Assembly (NCBI GenBank): GCA_044225365.1
Contig: JBGAIQ010000042.1
Span: forward strand, 1 to 52,219
Length of the DNA: 52,219 nucleotides
Direction of reading: 5' to 3'
DNA from: Planctomycetota bacterium
GTDB taxonomy: Bacteria > Planctomycetota > B15-G4 > JADJEK01
Part shown: piece by piece, positions 30,501 through 38,393 of the stretch
Layout: each line of letters opens with the position of its first letter
How positions within the stretch are numbered: position 1 is the first letter of the stretch
The notes under the pieces: model-generated
Seen by the model: the letters and a program-made list of their open reading frames with translations, nothing else
Databases searched by the model: none
What the model was told of the DNA's origin: nothing
Made by a program: the position numbers and the translations under genes

Positions 30501-30704
30501 AAGTTCGAAGTTCCCGGAGTCGCTCCGGGCGAATACGACGTCGAGGTCTATGGCAGCAAGCGCGAGCTGAAGCCCGTGCGAGTCACGGTTCCGGTCAACG
30601 GCCTCAAAGGATGCGTGCTGCGTCCCGAGCTGAAGCCCGAGCCGCCGCCGCTCGACTCGATCCCGACGACGGATCCGAAAACCGATGCCCCCGTGAAGAA
30701 GTGA
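27531..30704 (+). CDS. Membrane-anchored carboxypeptidase-regulatory-like repeat protein, paralog of the upstream gene
   Basis: Same architecture and colinear motifs, e.g. FRLLDLLPYRETKTGDDGAFRLEGVPLG versus FRLLEKVPLPQTKTKEDGSFRLEGVPTG. Confidence 0.8.
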   Translation: MRRILPIVLAVAVVAAVIFFLRSGSTTDPPDSEANRLEGRAAIPENPDTPPTPEAPSGIREVVPQAPTDPNAPPKSYLAALGTITGRVVDADHTPMPDFPVALLGAPIETLVPTQASWLEQPDFDLALTKHETTTDKTGRFTIDQVDPSAYHLFRLGAGTNREKFDVCLAQPDPGKVSDVGDLELDKFAVLTGRVVDSKGVPVAAARVRATQMPEEFFKFGGHRLVRGSAVAFKIPGTDGWQVYDLPPILFRLLDLLPYRETKTGDDGAFRLEGVPLGMITIAADKEHFLLNVRGPINTQAGGEKAIGDVKIGTSETLKGRVIDGSDKPVEGARVLAGNVLSIFPVALLTPLPSTTSLGEFAFDGFTDEAHVVAARRKGASTYKTADDVVPGIDEPEIRVDETTTLTVRATDEANQPIAGVTVLVQPQNEMSEMPLLQPPLQTAAQTHGKEDGSVEVEGLSRAKFKLFVKKDGYAIGKADADLTQGPASVDVKLEKERVGTVRVVAKGSGKPIEHALVVALDRDKDGEHPSPIPIAPIATARTDKDGIALLKGLEAGPTFVRAVHPSYAQIDGELTVPGSPITLELTGGGNLKGKLLRDGVVITETHFVLAIPKDIDKSLPRLTLASAKDGTYEFTRLPAGEYFVQAAKKTEELFMRMGGGAQGNMMMGNPLGMGLGSLFAGTAVRSTTVVDDSSEDSAGGAEEPPRSEANREGNGVHVTIGNKDRRQDTVANKPPADVDPGYRAVVKEGQDTYLEIDLARLPGDFEKGRLSGLVTINGEPGADLIVSCEQTGGGTAKSERTAANGRFDLGEVPAGALRVHVIKAHGESTSDLSVTKVTVEPSDAKQLELRIEAGRLEGAVRAASNGRTVEEARVRIVPLTGKDETDPEGCFLLDATDSTGRFHFDVVPGGRYRLEVTKQGFASASTTAFEVPQRGLAPRQEVRLIENVPVDGTVELPPECGVPEMLFVRFPGKAELDFTSFVFVDPKTKKFEVPGVAPGEYDVEVYGSKRELKPVRVTVPVNGLKGCVLRPELKPEPPPLDSIPTTDPKTDAPVKK

Positions 30705-30789
30705 GCGTCGGCTCCTGTCCACGCTCGCCCACGGCGGGTACGATCTCGCCCCGAATCGCCATCGCTTCGAGGCCATTGGACCGCCGATC

Positions 30790-31605
30790 GTGCACAAGGA
30801 CGCCTACCAGGTGCTCGCCGAGACGAGCCGCACCTTCTTCCTCCCGATCCAGCGACTGCCGGTCGGACTGAAGGACGCCGTCGCCGCGGCCTATCTCGGC
30901 ATGCGCGCGATCGACGAGATCGAGGACGATCGCGCGGCATCGGGCGCGGCGCGCGCCAGCCTGCTGCGATCGATCGCGCGCGCGCTCGAGATCGGCGACA
31001 CCGGAGCGTCACCGTACGGACTGCGGACCTTGATGCGCTCCGATTCGCTGCGCATCCCGGAAGTCACGCAGCGCCTGCCCGAGTGGCTCGAACTCGCGCC
31101 GGCGCCGATTCGCCTGCGGGTATTCGATTCGATCGGCGCGATGGCGGAGCGCATGGCCCACTGGGTCGAGCGCGATTTCCGCATCGACAGCGAGGACGAT
31201 CTCGATCGCTACACCTATGCCGTCGCCGGCGCGGTCGGACTCCTGCTCGCGGACCTGTGGCAGTGGTGGCAGGGAATCGAGACCGACCGCACGCTCGCTG
31301 TCGGATTCGGTCGCGGGCTGCAGGCCGTCAACATCGCGCGCAATCGGAACGAAGACCTCATGGCCAGCGTCAACTTCTATCCGCCCGGCTGGACCGACCG
31401 CGACGTGCGCGAGTACGCGCGCCAGAAACTCTCGCTCGCCGATCGCTACACGCGCGCTCTGCCCGTGGGCCCGATCCGCGAGTTCTGCGCGATCCCGCTC
31501 GCGCTCGCGCACGGCACCCTCGGCGCACTCGACGCCGGCCGCGAGAAGCTCTCGCGCGGCGAAGTCGAAGCGATCCTCTCCCAGCTCGCGTTGTCTTCGC
31601 GCTGA
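30790..31605 (+). CDS. sqs: Squalene/phytoene synthase family protein, resembling single-enzyme cyanobacterial squalene synthase
   Basis: Motifs ETSRTFFLPI, AYLGMRAIDEIEDD, DLDRYTYAVAGAVGLLLADLW, GFGRGLQAVNIARN and FCAIPLALAHGT. Closely matches my recollection of Synechocystis Sll0513. Confidence 0.8.
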   Translation: MHKDAYQVLAETSRTFFLPIQRLPVGLKDAVAAAYLGMRAIDEIEDDRAASGAARASLLRSIARALEIGDTGASPYGLRTLMRSDSLRIPEVTQRLPEWLELAPAPIRLRVFDSIGAMAERMAHWVERDFRIDSEDDLDRYTYAVAGAVGLLLADLWQWWQGIETDRTLAVGFGRGLQAVNIARNRNEDLMASVNFYPPGWTDRDVREYARQKLSLADRYTRALPVGPIREFCAIPLALAHGTLGALDAGREKLSRGEVEAILSQLALSSR

Positions 31606-31700
31606 GCCGAGGGCCGAGGGACCACGGAGAGAATTCGCTGAACGCTTGGCGAGACGAGTACGTAAGAGACTCGCGTGGAGAATCGGAATCGAGGGCGAGC

Positions 31701-33374
31701 ATGCTTCGACAGTGCATCGTCGGTGTTGGCCTTGGAGTGCTCTTTGCTCTCGTGTCTTGGATCGCGTGGATCCTTCTCGCAGGCACTGATGAAGCCCGGG
31801 TGCTGGCACGATCGCATCCTGCGTCCGTGGGAGGATCGAACGACGCGCCGATCGTGATCGAGTCGAAGTCCCCTTCGATCGAGAACAGTTCGGAGATCGA
31901 ACGAATCCCGACGGGCGAGAACCCAAGCGTTCAAGGGTACGTCAGTTTCGAACCCGCAACGCTCGAGGGTCATGTCTACGATCTCCTCGCGGGCACGCCG
32001 ATCGCGGGCGCGCGAGTTGGCCTTGCCGGAACTTCGGGAGGTGCCTTTCGTGCGACGATCACGGACGGAGCAGGTGCGTTTCGTCTGACACCGCTTCTGC
32101 CGGGTCGATCCTTCTACGCCCATGTCCACGTCCAGGGCTTGATCGAGACCCTCGTTCGACTCGATCCGCTCGATTCGGGCACTCAGAACAAGGACATCCA
32201 GGTCGATCGCCGGGGCAAAATCCACGTGCGAGTCGCCGATTCAGAATCTCGCACCGGAATCCCTCATTTCGCCATCCGGCTGGAATGGGCATCGGGTCGG
32301 ACCAAGATCGAAACGGACGAATCCGGGACGGCTTCGATCAGCGGGGGAGTATCGATCGGAAGTGGGGACATGCGCCTACGAACCGAGGAGTGCTCCGGAT
32401 TCGGATCTTGTCGCTGGCTCGCGCCGCTCGAGATCGCGGGTGATCCGGAAGTCCTCCTCGTGATCGGAGCGAGCGGTTTCATCACCGGTCGAGTCGTCGA
32501 CGTGGCGGGACAGCCGATTCGCGGCGTCGGATTGTCGTTCGACGTGTCGCGAGACTTCTCCGTGCCACCTTGCGTGGACGACTTGGCCGAGTCGTTGATC
32601 ATCGTGGCTCCTCGGATTGCCAAGGCGAAGACGGACGACGACGGGCGATTCGAACTCTGGGGCGTCCTTCATGGAATGAAGGGGCGTCTCGTACTCGAGT
32701 TGCCAGATCGATCGCCCGTGACGGTGGACATACCGCGAATCCTAAAATGCGGAGAACGTCGAGTCGTCGACATCGTCGTACCCGAAGGCGCCGCCACGAT
32801 CGATGGACGGTTGTCGTTCGAGGGTCGCCCGACAGCGGGAGTCGTGTCGTGGCGGACGGATCGAATCGGGGTGACGACTCGCTCGCGCGAGGATGGCTCT
32901 TTTCGACTCGAGGGCATTCCCGCGGGAACGGGCCTTCTCGTAGCTGAACTCTTCCCCGGATCAGCGAGCGCAAACGTGAAGATGTCGATCGACCCACAGA
33001 GGTCGCGTACGCAGGATCTGAACATTCGCTGCGACGGCATCATCCGTGGCACAGTCTTCGACGGCCAGGGTCAGCGCGTTTCGAATGCAAGGGTCCTGGC
33101 GACCTCGATCGAACGGATTCAGCAGGGCTCCGTCCGGGAACTCGGCAGCATGGATCTCGATTCGCTCTCTTCCCGATTGCCCGATTTCGACACGGTTACG
33201 GACTTCCGAGGAGAGTTCGCAATGAGGGTCGAGGACGTTCGGCAGGTCTACAGCATCGTCGTGACGAGTCCCACGGGGGAGTCCTGTCGCTGTGATGCGG
33301 TTCCCGGCACCACGAAGTTCATGATGGTGCGGCAACGTTCGAATCGTGCGTTCACATCTTCGTCTGCGCGATGA
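31701..33374 (+). CDS. Membrane-anchored carboxypeptidase-regulatory-like repeat protein
   Basis: Start trimmed to MLRQCIVG. TM anchor, then units LEGHVYD...PIAGARV, ITGRVVDVAGQPI, TDDDGRFEL and IRGTVFDGQG. Confidence 0.7.
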   Translation: MLRQCIVGVGLGVLFALVSWIAWILLAGTDEARVLARSHPASVGGSNDAPIVIESKSPSIENSSEIERIPTGENPSVQGYVSFEPATLEGHVYDLLAGTPIAGARVGLAGTSGGAFRATITDGAGAFRLTPLLPGRSFYAHVHVQGLIETLVRLDPLDSGTQNKDIQVDRRGKIHVRVADSESRTGIPHFAIRLEWASGRTKIETDESGTASISGGVSIGSGDMRLRTEECSGFGSCRWLAPLEIAGDPEVLLVIGASGFITGRVVDVAGQPIRGVGLSFDVSRDFSVPPCVDDLAESLIIVAPRIAKAKTDDDGRFELWGVLHGMKGRLVLELPDRSPVTVDIPRILKCGERRVVDIVVPEGAATIDGRLSFEGRPTAGVVSWRTDRIGVTTRSREDGSFRLEGIPAGTGLLVAELFPGSASANVKMSIDPQRSRTQDLNIRCDGIIRGTVFDGQGQRVSNARVLATSIERIQQGSVRELGSMDLDSLSSRLPDFDTVTDFRGEFAMRVEDVRQVYSIVVTSPTGESCRCDAVPGTTKFMMVRQRSNRAFTSSSAR

Positions 33375-36072
33375 TGACGATCGCGTTGTAGGTCGCGTGC
33401 GTGAGCACCGACGCGAAGAGGAGGCCGCTGCGCGCGAAGACGAGCGCCGTCGCGAGGCCGAGTACGAAGACGGGTGCCACGGACAACGGCGGGTGGATCG
33501 CGGCGAAGATCGCGGCGCTGAAGACGATCGCGCGGGGCGTATGGAGCGCGCGCTCGAGCCCGCGGAAGAGGAGCCCGCGAAACAGGAACTCCTCGCACAA
33601 CGGCGCGGCGAAGACGGCGAGGCCGATCATCCACAGCTTGCTGCTCGCGGCCGTGCTGAAGTCCGAGGCGTCGATCGAGTCCGCCATCGAGGGCAGGTTC
33701 CGCACGCTCTTCAAGTAGACGACGCCGAACGCGCCCGCGACACCGCCTGCCGCGACACCGAGCACGAGATCCTTCAACGTGCCGACGAGTCCCTGCGCTC
33801 CGGAAGGATGACCCTGCGGCCGTTCGAAGCCGACGATGCGCGTCCAGTCGACGACCTTGTGGTGATGCAGGAGATAACACGAGAGCAGCGCGATCACGAT
33901 GCCCGCGAACGAGTACGCGAGGACGAGGGAGCGCAGCACGTCGGCGTCGTGCCGGCCGAAGAGGATCATCAGGACGCCCTGCAGCACGAAGAAGCCGAGC
34001 GCGGCGAGCAGACCCTCGACGACTCCGATTCGCGTCGGCGGCGAATCAACCGGGTCGAGCATGTAGGGCAGGCGTTCGCCCAGCTTCTGCCACAGCGCGA
34101 GAGCGAGCAGGGTCGTCAACAGGATCTGCACGCACTTCGACCACCACGACGGGTCGTAGAGCGCCTTGCCGAACAGCGTGGCGACGAACATGTAGAGATA
34201 CAGCGTGCTCGGCGGAACTCGCTTGCGGCCGTCCGCCTCGAGCGGATCCGAGCCGAGCGCGCCGATCGCGGCGGCGATGTAGGCGTGGATCGCGACGCCT
34301 CCGATCACGAGCATCCCGAGCGGAATCCACTCGAGTCCCATCTCGTCGCCCTGGAACCCAAACGTCACGAACGCGCATCCCGAGTAGATCGCGGCAACGA
34401 TCGCCCAGACGGTCGTCACGCCGCGCAGGTTGCGATGCAGGGGCTGCGGAAATCCGAACTGGAGCCAGAGCGCGGGTCCCTCCGCGGCGAATGCGCGGGC
34501 CGCGCCGAAGATCAGCATGTACGCGCCGATCCCGAAGGCGAGCGCGGCGGCGTGATTCGCGCTGGACCCGACGCCCGACAGAGTGCGCTGATTCACCGCG
34601 AGCTGCGAGATGACGAGGACGATGGGAAGCAGCATCACCTGCGCGAGCGTCGTGCGCTCGCGCAGGAGCATGCGGGCGTCCTTCCAGATGGCGACCGTGA
34701 GTGGTGCCCGTGGCGCGCTCTCCGTCAGTCTCATTCCGGCCGCGCCGAGCTCTCCGTTGCGCAGCGAGCGCTTCTTGCGTTCACCGGCGAACTCGCCGGA
34801 ACCGCCGCGCAGGCCCGTCGCGATCTTCGACCTTGCGAATCGCACCGCTGCGACCGATACGAGGAAGGCTCCGAGGAACTGCGCACCGACGAGCACGAGG
34901 ACGTTGGGATTCGCGCGCAGGAGCAACGTGACGGCCGCCGCGGGGTGGAGGTAGAGCGGCCAGTGCGCGCCGAGTCGAGTGAGGCAGAGCGGCAGCGACG
35001 CGCGATTGCTGAGCCAGATGAAGCCGATGAAGCCGATGGAACCGAGGATCGAGATGAAGGCCTGTGCATTGCGCGGCCGCGTGCCTCGCGAGGTGAACCG
35101 CATCTCCACCATGAGTCGCAGTGCGCCGATCACGGTCGACATCGCGAGCGTCGCGGCGATCGAGAGCCACCATGCCGTACTGCCGAAGCCACGCGCGAAG
35201 AACAGGGCGAGATGGAACGGAAGCGCGATGATCCACAGCGTCGGATTGAGGAGCGCGTAGCCGAGGAGGCGCGACGAGAACAGGGCGCCGGCGCGCGCAG
35301 GCAGCGTGAACAGCCATTCGAAGTGGCCGGGGAGCGTTCCGAAGTCGGCGGCCGCAGCGGCGAGGCTCAGCACGAACAGCATCGCGTAGAAGATCGTGAG
35401 CACGAGGCCGAGCGTGCGAAGGGCGGAGTCCTCGTACTTGCGTTCCGGCCACGGCTCGTCGAAGACCGTGCGGATGCTGCCGACGAGCGGATCGTCGACG
35501 CGGAATCCCCTCACGCCCGAGCGCTCGAACTCCGTGAGGATGTCCGTCGCTCGCTGCCAGCGCTCGGCTTGATTCCAATTGGCGTTTCGCGCTTCGCTCG
35601 CAAGCGCGTCGTAGATTCGCTTTCGATTCGCTTCGGTCGCGTTCTCGGCAGCGGCCTCGTCGGGAGGCGGCGACGGTGCCGGCTCGAGCGCGAGGTCGGA
35701 GAGGACGTCTCCGACGCTCGCCGGAATCGAGAGCCGTATGTGCTGCGCCGAGATCGAGATGCCGATCAATCGCTTGGCGCTCGAGTAGGCCGCGAGCATC
35801 CAACTCGGCGAGACGAGGAGCAGCAGGAGGAGGATCGCGATGCCGCCCTTCTTCGGCGTCGCCCGACGTTCGTGGGCGCGCCCGAGGAGGAGGATCGCGA
35901 TGCCGCCCTTCTTCGGCGTCGCCCGACGTTCGTGGGCGCGCCCGATCGGCAGATCTCTCGCCTTGCGCTTGAACCGTAAGCCCGACGAGATCCGGTGGAC
36001 GAATCGCCGTGCGATGAGCGTGAGGACGAGGCGGAACTGCCGAGCCGTCGAGATCGGAGTCGAGAAGGTCAC
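33352..36072 (-). CDS. ABC-type permease fused to a C-terminal CPBP (Abi/CAAX) intramembrane glutamic protease
   Basis: Many TM helices, permease-like EWLFTLP and IWKDARMLLRER. CPBP motifs APLCEEFLFRG, FAAIH and HATYN. GTG start overlaps the ATPase stop. Confidence 0.8.
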   Translation of the reverse strand: MTFSTPISTARQFRLVLTLIARRFVHRISSGLRFKRKARDLPIGRAHERRATPKKGGIAILLLGRAHERRATPKKGGIAILLLLLLVSPSWMLAAYSSAKRLIGISISAQHIRLSIPASVGDVLSDLALEPAPSPPPDEAAAENATEANRKRIYDALASEARNANWNQAERWQRATDILTEFERSGVRGFRVDDPLVGSIRTVFDEPWPERKYEDSALRTLGLVLTIFYAMLFVLSLAAAAADFGTLPGHFEWLFTLPARAGALFSSRLLGYALLNPTLWIIALPFHLALFFARGFGSTAWWLSIAATLAMSTVIGALRLMVEMRFTSRGTRPRNAQAFISILGSIGFIGFIWLSNRASLPLCLTRLGAHWPLYLHPAAAVTLLLRANPNVLVLVGAQFLGAFLVSVAAVRFARSKIATGLRGGSGEFAGERKKRSLRNGELGAAGMRLTESAPRAPLTVAIWKDARMLLRERTTLAQVMLLPIVLVISQLAVNQRTLSGVGSSANHAAALAFGIGAYMLIFGAARAFAAEGPALWLQFGFPQPLHRNLRGVTTVWAIVAAIYSGCAFVTFGFQGDEMGLEWIPLGMLVIGGVAIHAYIAAAIGALGSDPLEADGRKRVPPSTLYLYMFVATLFGKALYDPSWWSKCVQILLTTLLALALWQKLGERLPYMLDPVDSPPTRIGVVEGLLAALGFFVLQGVLMILFGRHDADVLRSLVLAYSFAGIVIALLSCYLLHHHKVVDWTRIVGFERPQGHPSGAQGLVGTLKDLVLGVAAGGVAGAFGVVYLKSVRNLPSMADSIDASDFSTAASSKLWMIGLAVFAAPLCEEFLFRGLLFRGLERALHTPRAIVFSAAIFAAIHPPLSVAPVFVLGLATALVFARSGLLFASVLTHATYNAIVIIAQTKM
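35825..35945. repeat. Perfect 60-bp in-frame tandem duplication
   Basis: 35825-35884 is identical to 35885-35944 and encodes GRAHERRATPKKGGIAILLL twice. Confidence 0.95.
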
Positions 36073-36929
36073 GCCGGCCCCGTTCCCGGATCCATTCGTG
36101 GGGCGGTGTCCTCGTGAGACGTACCCTCCGTCATCGCGAAGAAGATCTCCTCGAGCGTGGCGTCGCCCGACTCGACCTTCGCTCGTAACGATTCGAGCGT
36201 GCCGTCGGCGACGAGGCAGCCATGGCGAAGGATCCCGATTCGATGCGCGAGCTTCTCCGCCTGGTCGAGGAGGTGGGTCGAGAAGAATACCGTGCGTCCG
36301 CGCTGCGCCTCATCGCGGAGGATCTCGTGGAGTGCGCGAGTCGCGTGAGGGTCGAGGCCGTAGGTCGGCTCGTCGAGGATGAGGAGTTCCGGGTCGTGGA
36401 GCAAGGCGCAAGCGAGCGCGAGCTTCTTCTTCATTCCCTTGCTGTAGTTCACGGCGTATTCGTCGAGTGCATCGGAGAGATCGAAACGGGCGATCAACGC
36501 GTCACCCCGTTCCGTGATCGAGCGACCACTGAGGCCGTGCATCTCGCCGACGAATCGCAAGATCTCGCGACCCTTCAGGTAATCCCAGAACACGGGTTCG
36601 TCCGGCAAGTAACCGACGTGGCGCATTGCTTCTTCGCGTTGCGAGAAGCAGTGGAAACCGCAAATGCTCGCGTTACCGGAGGTCGGCGCGAGCATGCCCA
36701 TCAACATCTTGATCGTCGTGGTCTTGCCGGCGCCATTCGGACCGAGCAGGGCGAAGATCTCGCCCTTCGCGACCGAGAGCTCGATCGCGTCGACGGCCTT
36801 GAAGTCGCCGTAGGTCTTCGAGAGCGAATCGATCGCGAGAACGGAATCGTCCAAGTCGAGTCTCCGCGGTGACGGCGAGGGAAGGTCGGCATTCCGATCG
36901 ACTCGCGCCCGCGGACCCAAAATACGCAA
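36069..36929 (-). CDS. ABC transporter ATP-binding protein (NatA/CcmA-like); true start probably nearer 36855
   Basis: Motifs GPNGAGKTT, YSKGMKKK, LILDEP and STHLLD. Confidence 0.92.
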   Translation of the reverse strand: MRILGPRARVDRNADLPSPSPRRLDLDDSVLAIDSLSKTYGDFKAVDAIELSVAKGEIFALLGPNGAGKTTTIKMLMGMLAPTSGNASICGFHCFSQREEAMRHVGYLPDEPVFWDYLKGREILRFVGEMHGLSGRSITERGDALIARFDLSDALDEYAVNYSKGMKKKLALACALLHDPELLILDEPTYGLDPHATRALHEILRDEAQRGRTVFFSTHLLDQAEKLAHRIGILRHGCLVADGTLESLRAKVESGDATLEEIFFAMTEGTSHEDTAPRMDPGTGPA

Positions 36930-36987
36930 AGATGGGCTGACAGGTGGTCAGGAACTCGTCGCTCGAGGGACCCGGCAATTCAAACGC

Positions 36988-37029
36988 CGACTCCGACGAA
37001 CGGCGCGCCTTCACCGTTCGTCGGAATCG
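36988..37029 (-). terminator. Strong stem-loop downstream of the secreted-protein pair
   Basis: Perfect 12-bp stem TCCGACGAACGG/CCGTTCGTCGGA (36992-37025), extendable to 16 bp with a G-U pair on the minus strand. Weak U-tract. Confidence 0.5.
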
Positions 37030-37049
37030 ATTCGGGCTAGAGGCCGCCG

Positions 37050-38219
37050 TCAGGAGATCGTGACGAAGACGCCGTTGCTCACGGCGGCGCCGAGCGGGAC
37101 GCCGGGGTCGACGCAGATCGCCTGCGTCGTGAAGGTCACGCCCGTCGTGGTGGCGGGTAGCGTCGCCGACAGACTGAAGCCGCCATTACCCGGTCCGACA
37201 CCAGAGAGCGGCACGACGAGGATCGCGGGCGAGATCGGAGCGACGACGACGAAGCAGCCGAGCCCGAGCGGAATCGACGCCTGCGTGACGCCGAAGAGCA
37301 CGAGCGCCGAGGACCCGCCGAGTCCGTTGTTCAGCTCGAGGCCGAACGTGGCCTGCGCCGCGGCGCAGCCCGTTGCGGCGAGATGCGGAGTGAACCCGCC
37401 GCTGCCGGGACACGGTGTTCCGTACTCGATCGTCGTTCCGCACGCCTGCGTTTCCATGTCGATCAGGATCGGCGAGACGGGCGCGAGGCCGGAGATCAGC
37501 GTCGCGAGTCCTGTGTTCTCATCGACCGAGAACAACCGACCCTGCGAGTGTTCGATGGCGACGAGCTTCTGGAGCCCCTTGTCGTAGAACAGTCCACCGC
37601 CGTTGCTGAGGTCGATCGTCGCACCGAGCGAGCCGACCGCAGTCGACGAGCCGGGCGTCGTCTTGTTGATCAGGGTGAGGGTGTTCTTGCTGCGATTGAG
37701 CGCGTAGAGCTTGCCGTTCGGCGTGAACGCGAGGCCTTGCTGATCGTCGCTGATCGAGGCCGAGATGTTCCCGAGGAACGTCGCGTGCCCGGTGTTGATG
37801 TTCACGCGGTAGAGCTGCGGAAAGGGCACGAACCCGAACGTGTTCGTGAAGTACATGAGCCCGCTCGTGGGATCGACGGCCGCACCGTGCGCCGCGACCG
37901 GCCCGCTGTCGATCGTCGAGACCGGAATTGCCGCCGCGGTGTGTTCGTCGAACCGGTAGATCTGCGATGCCGCCACGGAACTCGCGATCCCGTAGAGCTT
38001 GCCGTCGTTGCCGCGCGCGAGCACGGGGATGTTGAACTCGCCCGCGCCGCTCACGGTGTACGAGCCCACGAGCGTCGTGAGTCCGGTCGTCGAACTCACT
38101 CGATAGAGCTCGTTCGTCTGATACGCCGTGCCGATGTAATCGGCCGCGAGTGCGAGCGGCGCGAACACGGCGGGGAGGAGGAATCCGAGAGAACCAGCGA
38201 TGCGTCGGAGGAGGCTCAT
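37050..38219 (-). CDS. Secreted beta-propeller protein with a conserved C-terminal domain
   Basis: Start trimmed to MSLLRRIAG, signal peptide ending ALA. Repeats LYRVxxxTGxxTxxG. C-terminal YGTPCPGSGGFTPHL...QAICVDPG...SNG. Confidence 0.75.
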   Translation of the reverse strand: MSLLRRIAGSLGFLLPAVFAPLALAADYIGTAYQTNELYRVSSTTGLTTLVGSYTVSGAGEFNIPVLARGNDGKLYGIASSVAASQIYRFDEHTAAAIPVSTIDSGPVAAHGAAVDPTSGLMYFTNTFGFVPFPQLYRVNINTGHATFLGNISASISDDQQGLAFTPNGKLYALNRSKNTLTLINKTTPGSSTAVGSLGATIDLSNGGGLFYDKGLQKLVAIEHSQGRLFSVDENTGLATLISGLAPVSPILIDMETQACGTTIEYGTPCPGSGGFTPHLAATGCAAAQATFGLELNNGLGGSSALVLFGVTQASIPLGLGCFVVVAPISPAILVVPLSGVGPGNGGFSLSATLPATTTGVTFTTQAICVDPGVPLGAAVSNGVFVTIS

Positions 38220-38393
38220 TTCTTGTCTCCATCGCGCGCGAGGTGCAGCGTTGCCCTCGTGGTCGGGGAGAAGGCGGGATGGAGTGGCCTCCCGCATTCC
38301 CTGCGCGGTGTGCGATCGATCATGCCAGAAAGACCGCGGTTGTCGATGCGGGACCGGGCGCCGAATCGTAACTCCGGCGCCCGTCCGCCGCAC

